A stretch of 39,730 bases of DNA from Intoshia linei (lineage: Eukaryota > Animalia > Orthonectida), in assembly GCA_001642005.1 (NCBI GenBank), contig LWCA01000213.1, positions 1 through 39,730 of the forward strand, given 5' to 3'. Under the pieces are notes generated by a model, which saw only the letters and a list, made by a program, of their open reading frames with translations, was not told where the DNA came from and did not search any database. The translations under genes were made by a program, and so were the position numbers. Shown one piece after another: positions 25,201 to 35,664 of this stretch; positions within the stretch are counted from its first letter, which is position 1, and each line of letters begins with the position of its first letter.

Positions 25201-28200
25201 ACTTATGAAACATACTAATATTACAGTATTTTATTAATTAAGATATCTCAAAAACAACTCTATAAAATTGTTTAAAAGTTTAACAAATACTTTATAATCA
25301 TTTATAGTATATTTTACACTATTTTTTATTAAGGGGGATTTTTCAGTGTTGAACAGTGTAATTAATGCATTTAAAAGAAACAATTTAAAAAAATTGTTTA
25401 TTTGACCGGGAAAGCGTAATATTGCGAGTTTAATTTTTTTGTGTATATTACTGAGAATAATTGAATTAGTCGTCATTTTTTTTAAATACTAGGACTTAGT
25501 TTTTTCATATTTCAAAATAATGGATAATTTGGGTTTTTACCCTGAAGATGCAATTTTTGATGTTATAATTAATGAAAATTCTCATTATTTTAAAAACTTT
25601 CCCATAATTTTAAGACTCGTTTCATTTTTTAAAAATAAATTACTATTAAAAAAGCTTTTGGACGTGATTGTGCCTATTTATATTTTACAAATTTATTGTA
25701 TTCTGAGTCACAATTTCTGACACAGTTAGTTTTATCCATAAATAGTTAGACAAACACAGAAGTAAATATTATTAGTTATACATCCAGTTGAGAAACAATG
25801 AATGAAATGAAAGAAAATACTCATAATAAAATAATGAGTGAAAATAAACATAAAATATATAGTAGTTTTTTATTGATAATATTAAAACATTGTATTAAAA
25901 AAGTATTTATATTTTACAGTTATGGTTTGTTTCCATCAATGCATCATCATATAATTAAATAATGAATTAAGCCCTCTTTCACTTTGGGAATGATCAAGAT
26001 ATACATTAAATACTGCGTCAAGTTTTGAAATCATTTTATCAGTAATTAATAGTTCTGTGTTGATATTCTGACGGGCCACGTCGTTAAATTCTTGCTGTAT
26101 TGCATTCGCATCGAAGTTTGGAATCATTTTCAACAAATTTTCAGTTTTTGCAAGTATATTTTTATGATAAGTATTACAAATTTTTTTAATGTATATAGTA
26201 GAAGAAAATAGTAATAATGAAATATATTACAATATGTAACAATTAATAATATGGATCAATAGTTAGTTGAAATTATGAACAGTTAAAGTTAACTTGTCCA
26301 ATTAGATTCTGACAAGACAGAAAGTATTTATTTATCACATTTCAATATAATTTGAATATTGTTGTTCATATATATTTGATTGGACAGATAATGAATGTAT
26401 TAATTGACACAAAACATACAAACGATACCGTTACATTGGACATTTTGTATTTTACAATCCATTCTAATAAAAGCAATTTAGCTAACAATAAATGTCAGGT
26501 AGTGTGTAACCATTTATTTTGCAAAGTAAGAGGAGTACATTTTTAAAACAAAATTCGTAGATAATTTTAAGTTTTAGTTTTTCATGTTGTTGAAAATTTG
26601 ATATTTAGAAGGTTTTATAAGATCAAATATAATCTTAACCTTTTCACTGTCTGTGTATTCTATACTATACACAGCAATTTCACTTCACACGTCTGTGTAT
26701 TCTATGATATGCACAGCATAATTTTGAAAAACTTTATTCTTTTATTTTCATACATTTTTACATAGGTAATTTAAAAATAATACAAGTTTAAATTAAAAAA
26801 TAAATTCCAGACGTGTTTGTGTGATAGTACATAAAATTGCATCAGACAGTGAAAGGGTTAAAAATAATCCAATTATAGTTCATCCTAAAAAATTGTTATA
26901 AATAACAGAAATAAAGTTTATACATTAAACTTATACACTTATAACATAATAACAATAAGATTAACAATTCGAAAAAGAATAAATAAATTCATCTACACAC
27001 GAGCTCCGTTAGAGAAACCATACATTAAAGGAATGATGAATAATTATTAAAATAAACAAAATAATTTATTTTTTTATTGACAATATTAAAACATTAAAAA
27101 ATATTGATATCATACAATTCATTGTTTGTTTCCATCAACGCATCGGCATATAATTAAAATATAAATGCCCGCCTTGACTTTGGACGTAGTTGACATGTGC
27201 ATTAATTTCTGCTTCAAGTTCTGATATCATTTAATCAGTAACTACCGGTTATGTGTTGATATTCTGAGGGACCACGTCGTTAAATTCTTGTTGTATTGCA
27301 TTCGTATCAAAGTTTGGAATCATTTTCAACAAATTTTCAGTTTCTGCAAGTATATTTTTATAAGTATTACACATTTTTTTAACGTTGACAGTAGAATAAA
27401 ATAGCATTAATGAAATTTATTACAATATGTAACTATTAATAATATGGATCAATAGTTAGTTTAAATGATGGACAGTTAAATTTAACTTGTCCAATCGGAT
27501 TCTGACAAGCCAGAAAGTATTTGTTTATCACATTTCAAAATAATTTGTGTATTGTTACTAATATATATTTGTGATTGGACAGATAATTCATGTATTGATT
27601 GACCGAAAATATACACACGATACCGTTACATTATACATTTTACAATCCTATCCAATATATAGCAATTTAGCTAAAAATAAATGTCACTGTGTGTGTAACC
27701 TGTCAAAATATACTCTTTAGAATTTTTTTTTAAACCAAACTTTAAGGTTGTCTTTAATTTTGGTTCATATTTGTAAAGTAAAGACAACCTTAAAGTTTGG
27801 GTTAAAAAAAAATTTTAAAAACCCCCTTGAAAGTATGATTCAAAAAAAAATCTTAAAAGCTCCTTGAAAGTTTGATTCAAAAAAAATTTCTAAAATCCAA
27901 AATTAAAATATAAATGAAAATTTTACACATTCTATCTACATGTTTATGTGTATATGCATTTTTTATGGCTACAACTGTAATTGAAACTTTAATATATAAT
28001 GGAAAAAAATTAAACTTGCATGGACGATTTAGCTCAGTGCTTAATATGGTAGGTTATACAGGCTGATGTTTTTGGTACGACTTTTTTACCATTCATAAAT
28101 TTTTACCATTTTTCAGAAAAAAAATATGATACATAAGATTTATATATATATAAAAAGAATCAGACTCTAGAAATGGTCTAAGATGAGGATGTATACTACA

Positions 28201-30277
28201 TTTGACTGACTTGACTGTAGTGTAAGTTATCTGTCCATGTAACAACAGATTTGATCTAAATAAAATGGGATTGACTTTCTGGCATCAAATTTGGATATGA
28301 ATTCACTTCTATTGACTCTGATTAATTAGACCTACTTTTAATAATCACATCTGACTGAAATATCCATTGACTTTTAGTGCATTTATTTTACTGCTACAAA
28401 ATTGACTGCCTATTTCTGATACATAATCGGTACGTGAAAAAAATATAGCTTAAGGGGAATGAAAAAAAATAAGTTGAGAACCAAATAATCCATGTCATAG
28501 ACTAAACAATAAAATTTACTATACACTGCTAATAATTAAACATACTAGTTTAGACGCTGAGATAGTATTCATAAAAACTGAACATTATATAACGAAGTAA
28601 AGAGCTTATATTTCCCCCAATGTTGTCAATACTTTAAGTTTTTTAAAATTTTATTTTCAAAACAGTATAATATATATTTTAAAATATACATGTAGTGACA
28701 ATGAGTATTTGAATAGATTCTTATTTATACATTATAAGTTCATATTTATAAGCTACACTGTGTAGCTTAAACATACAGTAATAAATTTTCCATTGACCTC
28801 AATTGTTTGTCTCTTCGACCCATCGAGCACAAAATTTTTTTACAACCCATTTAAATATAAAAAATACAATTTAAATTGATGAGTTAAATTAGATGTAGTT
28901 TAAAAAATTAGTTACTTAAATTTTCTATCGATAAAAATATTTCGATACATTGCCAACTGCAATTTAAATTAAATATATATGAACCAATTGCAATATTTAT
29001 TAGAGGAAATTTGACAACAATACTACAATACCGGGCCGTACTGTCAGAGTCAACCTACCGTACACAGAAAACCTCTTCGAGGCCTTCGAAATTTTTGTTA
29101 AATAATCTTCACATTTCCAAAATGAGCATTTAGAAACATTATTTTTTTGAATATTGGCACCATTTTTGTGTACAAATTTGGGATCAAACTGTAAGTCCAG
29201 AGTCTGTATTTCTGACTAGAAAATGAGACATGATTAGGACTGCAGTTTATGGTTTTTATTTTTACATGTATAATTTAGATTGCAAATCTGATCGCAATAT
29301 TTACATTATAGTGTTTAGCTTAATTGGGGGTATAGTTGTGATTGGTTTAGTAGTGCTATGTTCCTGGAAACTGTGTATAACGATATACGATAATGAAATT
29401 TCCAAATCCAATACAATGAACTCTCCAAAGTGGGAAATGGTAATTTAAATTAAATAAAACATGTATAATATACTTTTTGATCATACTTTCTAGATCATGT
29501 TCACTCCTCAGAACGATTTATGAGATAAAAGCTATCTACAATCTTTTTGTATTCTAATCCTTAAATTCCCGATATTTAGCGGTTTTTGTAAATTATGAAT
29601 AATTCAAATACAGTCAATCCTGTTCAACATGAAAGCATCACATAATTAAAATTTTATTAAGTGAACATAATTTTCAGCATTTATAATGATTTAAGCATTT
29701 TAAAATAAAAATGTAAATTTAACATTTAACTTGAATTGTTTTTTGTATATTTTTTTTAGTGTTCAATTACCACGATAATATGAACACTATTAAAATTTGG
29801 TACACTCATGTTCACATTGAACAGGTTGACTGTATATAAATTTGAATTTCATAGATTACATTTTATATAGTCCAATTTTTTCACCGTGTTAAGCAGTAAA
29901 AAAATTTGGAAAAATATTCAAGTTTCTTTATTTTTTAGTACATTCTAAGTCTTATTAACACTGGTTAAATCCGGGATGAAACCGATTTGATGAAATTAAT
30001 AAAAATTTTGAAAAAACGGTTTAAAATAAGTAGTGTATTAGAAATACAAATTTGATTATTATTTGATTTAAAATTGAAATGATACTTTCAGTTGTTTAAA
30101 TGTTTTAAATGTTTATTCCAACATTGATTTCGTATAGTAAATATATATTAGATACAAAATCCAGCATATCGACAACCAAAAAAATCAAAAAACCCTTTAT
30201 ATGAAGCCTATATGAATGAAAATAATAGAATGAACAAAATGTACTTTTCAGATAAACTGATAAACAGAAAAAAATGA
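13216..30277 (+). CDS. Integrin beta subunit (22 exons, ~715 aa)
   Basis: Signal exon 13216-13261 (MNVNLKLFILFLFFK, least certain). PSI 13762-13868 (SCEDCLKTMDCFWCAD). Then 14392-14484 and 15118-15153. Beta-I domain: 15196-15349 (DIYFLTDASYTM), 15394-15444, 15507-15546 (FVEKPNSPF), 15894-16002, 16270-16350 (ANQDELEAGFEAMVQVVMC), 18049-18129 (GWRNKSSKFIIFASD..HLAGDGR), 18168-18245, 18983-19165 (DYPSV). Hybrid 19227-19355 and 19811-19945. Cys-rich 20006-20082, 20198-20292, 21844-21908, 22029-22109. Beta-tail 22151-22280 and 24183-24278. TM 29279-29439 (IGGIVVIGL..WKLCITIYD). Tail 30152-30277 with NPAY and NPLY. Confidence 0.93.
13346..13481. mobile_element. MITE, Tc1/mariner-type (TA TSD)
   Basis: TA|cagtctaagccttattaacggaatt ... 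aattccgttaataaggacttagagtg|TA inverted termini. Confidence 0.75.
15594..15710. repeat. Small foldback / inverted repeat in an integrin intron
   Basis: cagaactaaacctaacataa (~15594) pairs with ttatgttaggttcggttctg (~15690-15709). Confidence 0.5.
16408..17120. repeat. Two diverged Helitron-family 5' fragments in opposite orientation
   Basis: Forward atcctttacttatataaaa...tttgtgtgt at ~16408-16640. Reverse copy at ~16800-17120 (minus strand atcgtttactttataaaa...gtctgtgtgtgttac). Related fragments at ~14100-14370, 20510-20850, 25480-25600 and 34200-34300. Confidence 0.55.
17126..17372. mobile_element. MITE, Tc2/pogo-type (CCGTATTT termini, TA TSD)
   Basis: TA|ccgtatttttcggagtataatgcgcacc ... 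ggtgcgccttatactccgaaaaatacgg|TA, with four tgc(g/a)ccttat motifs. Confidence 0.85.
20981..21403. mobile_element. Foldback (Mutator-like) element with ~185-bp inverted arms and a near-perfect 9-bp TSD
   Basis: agacgcttgcgattttaaagatcccatacaaaaattttctac... pairs with ...gtagaaaatttttgtatgggatctttaaaatcgcaagcgtct. Flanked by aaatttttt and aaattttta. It sits next to or inside another repeat (20865-20960) that recurs at ~8095-8190. Confidence 0.8.
21516..21701. mobile_element. MITE, pogo/Tigger-type (TA TSD)
   Basis: TA|cagtcatggtttattcagccataacgaaca ... tgttcgttatggcgaaacatgactg|TA, with internal acgaaca repeats. Confidence 0.75.
23422..24126. mobile_element. Old hAT (Charlie-like) non-autonomous element
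   Basis: 5' cagcgttttccaattagtgggtcgcg and 3' aagtgggtcg...tttggaacggctg. TSD is degenerate. Confidence 0.5.
25936..26226 (-). pseudogene. Small orphan ORF, copy A, nested antisense in the integrin intron (97 open codons; first in-frame ATG at 26127)
   Basis: Open frame YISLLLFSSTIYIKKICNTYHKNILAKTENLLKMIPNFDANAIQQEFNDVARQNINTELLITDKMISKLDAVFNVYLDHSQSERGLNSLFNYMMMH*. A paralog lies 1.2 kb away with a frame-preserving 3-nt indel. No ATG precedes the hydrophobic N-terminus, so gene versus pseudogene is unresolved. Confidence 0.5.
26639..26857. mobile_element. piggyBac-type MITE (TTAA TSD)
   Basis: TTAA|ccttttcactgtctg ... cagacagtgaaaggg|TTAA, with subterminal cacgtctg/cagacgtg inverted motifs. 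Confidence 0.8.
27135..27407 (-). pseudogene. Small orphan ORF, copy B (two in-frame TAA stops)
   Basis: MLFYSTVNVKKMCNTYKNILAETENLLKMIPNFDTNAIQQEFNDVVPQNINT*PVVTD*MISELEAEINAHVNYVQSQGGHLYFNYMPMR*. The stops at 27249-27251 and 27231-27233 align with GAA and AAA in copy A. Confidence 0.6.
27716..27950. repeat. Hairpin plus ~38-bp subrepeat element (second copy ~33398-33605)
   Basis: ccaaactttaaggttgtcttta pairs with taaagacaaccttaaagtttgg, followed by tandem cc(cc)ttgaaagt(a/t)tgattcaaaaaaaa units and aaaatataaatgaa..ttttacacatt, shared with 33400-33520. Confidence 0.65.
29611..29832. mobile_element. MITE, pogo-type (TA TSD)
   Basis: TA|cagtcaatcctgttcaacatgaa ... ttcacattgaacaggttgactg|TA. 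Confidence 0.75.
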
Positions 30278-30324
30278 CTACAATGAAGTTTTAATTTTGT
30301 ACAACAGTTTATTAAATAATATAA

Positions 30325-30708
30325 TTATTTAACCTTAATTTTCATGTATTTAATATTGCAAGTACCCAAAAAGTAAATTTGCTTTAAACTTTTAGCGGTA
30401 TACTTTTTTTTAAAATTGGTTAGGTAGGTGCGTTTGGAGTCATTATAATTTTTTTGCAAATTTTTCAAATTATTAATTTTTTGAGATTCGACAATATTAT
30501 TATAATTTATAGCATTATTTACATTTTTTTGACATTGACAATTTTTCAAACGTGATTTGGTTTGATGCTTGTGGGGCTCATTTTTATGTATCCAATTGTT
30601 TTTCAAAGTGTCCATTGTTATAAGTTTTAGTTTTTTAGTTTCACTTGTTTGATTTTTGTACATTTTGCAAGCGTGTATCAGTTTATTATCAAAATTGCAA
30701 AGTTGCAT
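30325..30708 (-). CDS. Hypothetical basic Lys/Asn-rich protein (single exon or terminal exon)
   Basis: 127-codon ATG-initiated ORF, long for DNA this AT-rich and hydrophilic, unlike the spurious F/I/L-rich ORFs. It has an A-rich start context (aaaaATG) and an AG acceptor just upstream. No family recognised. Confidence 0.45.
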   Translation of the reverse strand: MQLCNFDNKLIHACKMYKNQTSETKKLKLITMDTLKNNWIHKNEPHKHQTKSRLKNCQCQKNVNNAINYNNIVESQKINNLKNLQKNYNDSKRTYLTNFKKKYTAKSLKQIYFLGTCNIKYMKIKVK

Positions 30709-31396
30709 TTTTGTTTTAAATCTTTAAATTACTTTCAATACAACCCATTTATAATACATTTGAAGTAAATGTAATTGATGCAGTTAATTCAATAGTGTTG
30801 TTAAAATTTAAATTTGATATGCTATTTAACATACATTTTTATATATTTAATAATTTAAATTGGAACATGATCGTTTTTTCATTCTGATCCCATTTACAAA
30901 CGTTCTCGTTTTGTTTATTTTAAATTTGAATATTAAAGGTGTATATTTACAACTTGATTTTTAAAACTACGTTAGGTTTTGTATTGTTAATTTTAACAAA
31001 ATTTAATAGTGTAAGTAGAATACATTGCACTTGTGATCATTGAATGTTTTATTGTTAAATTTAATTTTAGTTATATAATTTTCTTTTTTATTAATAATTT
31101 TTTGTAAAAAAATATCATGCTTATGAACTATTAAGTCTAATAACATTTTATAATTAGAAATATGATGAAAATTTTAATATATTTTTTCATTTAATATTAC
31201 TACAAGTAATATTAATATTGTTGTTAGTTAGTTATTAGTATAACATAATGTGTATTACACATGTTACATATTTGTATATTTGCGTACAAACCAACGGTAG
31301 GATGAATTAATAGTTATTTACATTCTATGGATTCAAAAAAGTGTAGTTACGTGAAAACATTGAATTAGTTACTACATATAACGTTAAAAATAAATT

Positions 31397-33779
31397 ATGA
31401 ATGTACTCTTCACAATAGCATCAATATACTATTTACGTGTAAGTTTATGCCAAGAAACAACTATCGAACCAATAAATACAACCGAAAAGTTTATCAACCA
31501 AACTAATTTTTTGAATAATTCAACTGATATAACTAATAAAATTACAAATAAGCCATTTTCTAATATAACGGATTTGAATAAAAATGGAAAGACACTTAAT
31601 ACCATAAAACTATTAAAAGTTTTTAATGAAACAAATTCAAGTAAAGATGTTGATAAACTAAATTACACTGTATTATACTCTTATTTAGTCAAAACAGGTA
31701 ATAGCTCACATTAAAAATGGTAATATGACAATTTTAGACGTATATTTAAAAGATAATGAAAAAATTATAAAAAAAAACAATAGTATATACTTAAACGTTC
31801 AAAATAAACTGATTGATGTATATATGGAAGCATTTGCTAGGCAAGATCAATTTAAAAGTTTAAAGGGAAATTACACAGACCTTAATATTTTCGTAATTTT
31901 AAAATTGTTAATGAGTGGATTATTTATCTTTTTTAGATAACGAATGTCACTATCACTAATGCTACAAAAACATCAATAATATTTTTTTATTCTGTTTTAC
32001 ATCAGAATATATCATATTCCGTTGACGATTTGATCAATGTCATGTCCATGATAACTATACAGGAAATGGTTTTGATGATGAAGCGTTTAATAAAATTAAA
32101 AATTGAAGGTAGGATAATGATGAGATTTTTCCAAAAATTCAAGGATTCTTAAGTTTAGCGTCAATTTAAATTTTTTAATAATTTTTTAGTTATTATTATA
32201 TTTCCATTATAATCGTAAAAAAATTATTATTTTCCTTAAACATATTAGTGGAATGATATTAACATTGAACCATATCCATAAATAGTCTCAAAAGCTTAAA
32301 TAGGGGTAGGGATTAAAATGAATTTTAGAAATATAAAAAAAGTTAAATGTAAAATTTAAAATTTAGCTGTTCATACTCCAGATACAACTAATTATGGAGT
32401 ATTAGCTGTAATTGTTATATTCTCCATTATAGGAGTTTTAATATTGGCTTGGTTTATTTGGTAATTATTATTATATACAATTTTTTCCTCAAAATATCAA
32501 TTAGAGCCCATCAAGTACCGAAATTCTCCTATTATTTCGCCGTCAAGTTAAAATTTTTTATTAGCCAAGTTGAGGGCAGTTTATTTTTTCTATCTATTTT
32601 CGATACATTAATAATACATAGATGTCAACGATGAACAATTAGTACCAATGCAAAAAATCAGTTTAAATTAAAATTTTTATATTGGTCCACCGTAACCTTT
32701 ACATAACTCTAATCCCAATACAATATTAATACTTTTATATTATAAATTTAGCTGCATTTCGGTTAGAACAATTCGATGTATAAAAAACCAAAATCTAATT
32801 ATTAATGATTATATTCGAATAAAACGAATACAAGTAACTTTTCAAATTTTATACGAAAGGTCTGTAATTTACACCTATATATCTACAAACCTATTCAAAT
32901 TTTTTTTTAAAATTACGATGTAAACAATTCTGTTTTAAAATGTCGCAAATTGACGTATTGACGGATAAAGTTATTTATTTAGTATGTTAATAATTTTGAA
33001 TAATCTATAACTATTCCCACCAAACTTTTCGACATGGGACGAATAAATTAGAAAAAAATCTGGGAAAATAAAAATTGCTTCCTCTATTGACTAATACATA
33101 TTCATTAACTAATACATCCGTTTCCAAAATTTTTTTTCAGTCTTACCTTGCTAAAAATTAGTAAAAAATTTAATTTAATTTCGGATTAATTTTTGTTTTT
33201 TTTTAATAGAAGTGGAAAGGTTGACTCTTTAGGAGTGAATTATAAGGTAGAACACCTAACAGTGAAAAAATATCGTTATGATGCTACAAACGTTTTTTAA
33301 TGGTGGTATCATTATGATACAACTATACAAATATAAATAAATACTAAATAAAAATACTATATAATTTTAGTATGATTTCATATTTTTATCGTTTTTAAAT
33401 CCCCCTTAAAAGTTTGGTTTAAAAAATAATTCCTAAAAACCCCCTCTTAAAGTTTGATTCAAAAAAAATTACTAAAACCCAAAATTAAACTAAAATATAA
33501 ATGAAGTTTTACACATTTTACGACTTATCCATGAATTGTATACATTTTACGACTTGCCCATAGAATGTGTACATTTCACAGTTTTACACATTCTATACGA
33601 CATATACATCATATGCAGTAGTTGGAAATTTTAAAATTTCAAATGTTACGACACGCATGGTGTTAATATAATAAATATTATTTTTTAAAATTAGTTACTA
33701 TTTTTATGAATTTTAGAGACAAAGTTGTGCTATTAATACCATACCTATTGAAATTTTACCTGAAATGAAAGGTAACTGA
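31397..33779 (+). CDS. Type I membrane glycoprotein: signal peptide, NxS/T-rich region, SEA-like domain, TM, short tail
   Basis: Phase-consistent exons ~31397-31697, 31738-31891, 31938-32068, 32114-32152, 32367-32460 (YGVLAVIVIFSIIGVLILAWFI), 32752-32859, 33210-33246, 33717-33779. Signal MNVLFTIASIYYLRVSLC|Q and many N-glycosylation sequons. The 3' end could splice further at aag|gtaact. Confidence 0.72.
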
Positions 33780-35370
33780 ATTTAACTATGAATATGAGCT
33801 ATGGTAGTCAGATCATCTTCATTTAATAATAGATTCAAAATTGTTAAGTGTCTTTATTCATCTCTGATCAATGGCATAAACGCTTAATATGATATCTGCT
33901 TAATTTGTACTACAATTGTAATACGAATGATTATTCTTACACTTTTTTACAGATTTTCACATTTTACAAAATATTTCAATATTTAAGCATGTATTTATAA
34001 AAACACTGCTACAAGGCTCTCATATATTATTTGTTTGTAAAAGATTACAATATTATATTATTGTATTTACATATTTATATTACATTTTATTATTATATAT
34101 TTATTATGTACATTAGGGTGTCACAAATTTAAAAAATTTTGATCTTTTGATAAACCAATCTATGACAGGTTGTCAATAAAGTTAGATATAAACATAATCC
34201 CACGAAAAATAGGCTTAGAAATTGGGTTTTTTAAATTCTACTGATGTTAATTTTTATATAAACGGTAAGACACAGATACATTCAAATTTACAAGTAAAGG
34301 TATTTCGATGTAAGGGATTATTTAAAATACCTTTAAATATTATATTTTCAATAATTATTGTTTATTAATTATAATTAATTGCAAATTATAACACATAAAG
34401 ACGAATAAAAAGTCATTTATCAAATAAAAAATTCAAAAGTATTTATTATTGGTTAAGTGACGCAGGATATTTTTATCATATATACAATTTATACACTATG
34501 TGTTCCCTATATGTGCATATTTCTCCATATCAATCAGAATACCATGGATATTTTTCTTAGTAGTAATACAGTTATATAATAATATTATATATTAGTATTA
34601 TAATTAAGCTTTTATTTCATTTTAACAAATAAAAAAGTAAATAATACAACAAAAAATGAAAAAAATCAGATGTCTAAATGAAGAAATTAAAAATTGGATG
34701 CGAGTCTTCTTTCGTGGTAAAAGTTTTTTGTTAGTGTTAGTGTTAGTTAAAGTTAAGTGTTCTTGGTCAAAACTTCACAACTTGTGATGTAAAGTGTTAA
34801 ATTTCAAAAGACCCAATATATAGATATTATTGATTGTAATTACATGATAAAATAATACATAATGATTATTTTATTGATATTATGTTTAATTTATTAAAGT
34901 AGATATAGTAATAAAAAAGAATACAGGAAGTTATTTGAAAAATAAAATGTCTAAAATAAAACAAAAAAAAATTGAAAAAGTAAATATTTTTATAGACATT
35001 TAATTAAATTTCAAAAAAAGAAAATGTTAAGAAAAAAATTGAAAAGAAAAAAAAAATGGTAATATTTTTTATAATGTGAATCTCGTCATAATAATCTGGA
35101 TAAAATGATAATACAGTGTATGTTAGTTTTACTGGATTTCCCGTAAAAAATTATATATTTATTCTAAAGTTTATAGTAGCTACATTTTTAAACGATTTCT
35201 TAATTGTTATATTAATTGTGTACTGTAATAGAAATGTATTTGAATATGACAATGATGTTATCATTATCTAATGGCGCACTAGTTACTAAAAATTAATTTT
35301 TAAACAAATATTAATTTAAATTTTGATCAAGTATATTTGATTTTAAATAATGATGCTATATTCTATAGAA

Positions 35371-35664
35371 CAGTGGTTCTCAACCTTTTTTATAATTCTT
35401 CTCCTTTTCAAATTTTTTTTAAATTCATCCATTAATGTTTACTTCATATATGACCTACTTTTAACTTATAATATATGTCGTAATTTTGTGTATATCTGTA
35501 AATTATCTATATTACTGTCACTAATCTTATATTTTACTTTTTATGAATCAATATTTCGATAATAATGGAAATTAGACTACACCAGTGGCCACCAAACTAC
35601 GACCCACCAATTACAACTCTATTAAAAAATATATCGATGATATCTTACAAACTGAGAACCATTG
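35371..35664. mobile_element. hAT (Charlie-like) MITE with 8-bp TSD
   Basis: ctatagaa|cagtggttctcaacc ... actgagaaccattg|ctatagac. Confidence 0.8.

Noticed and set aside
27231-27251. Stop-codon reassignment suggested by TAA aligned to sense codons
   Set aside because: They align to different residues (E, K), and the intact genes here have no internal stops. Ordinary nonsense mutations fit better.
27790-27900. CRISPR-like spaced repeats
   Set aside because: Tandem subunits without unique spacers, eukaryotic context and no cas genes.
12237-35562. Other 60-80 aa ORFs in the track (12237, 14782, 20164, 22242, 22886, 24286, 25234, 25520, 26352, 32449, 35350)
   Set aside because: AT-codon-biased chance ORFs, inside repeats, or off-frame overlaps of real exons.
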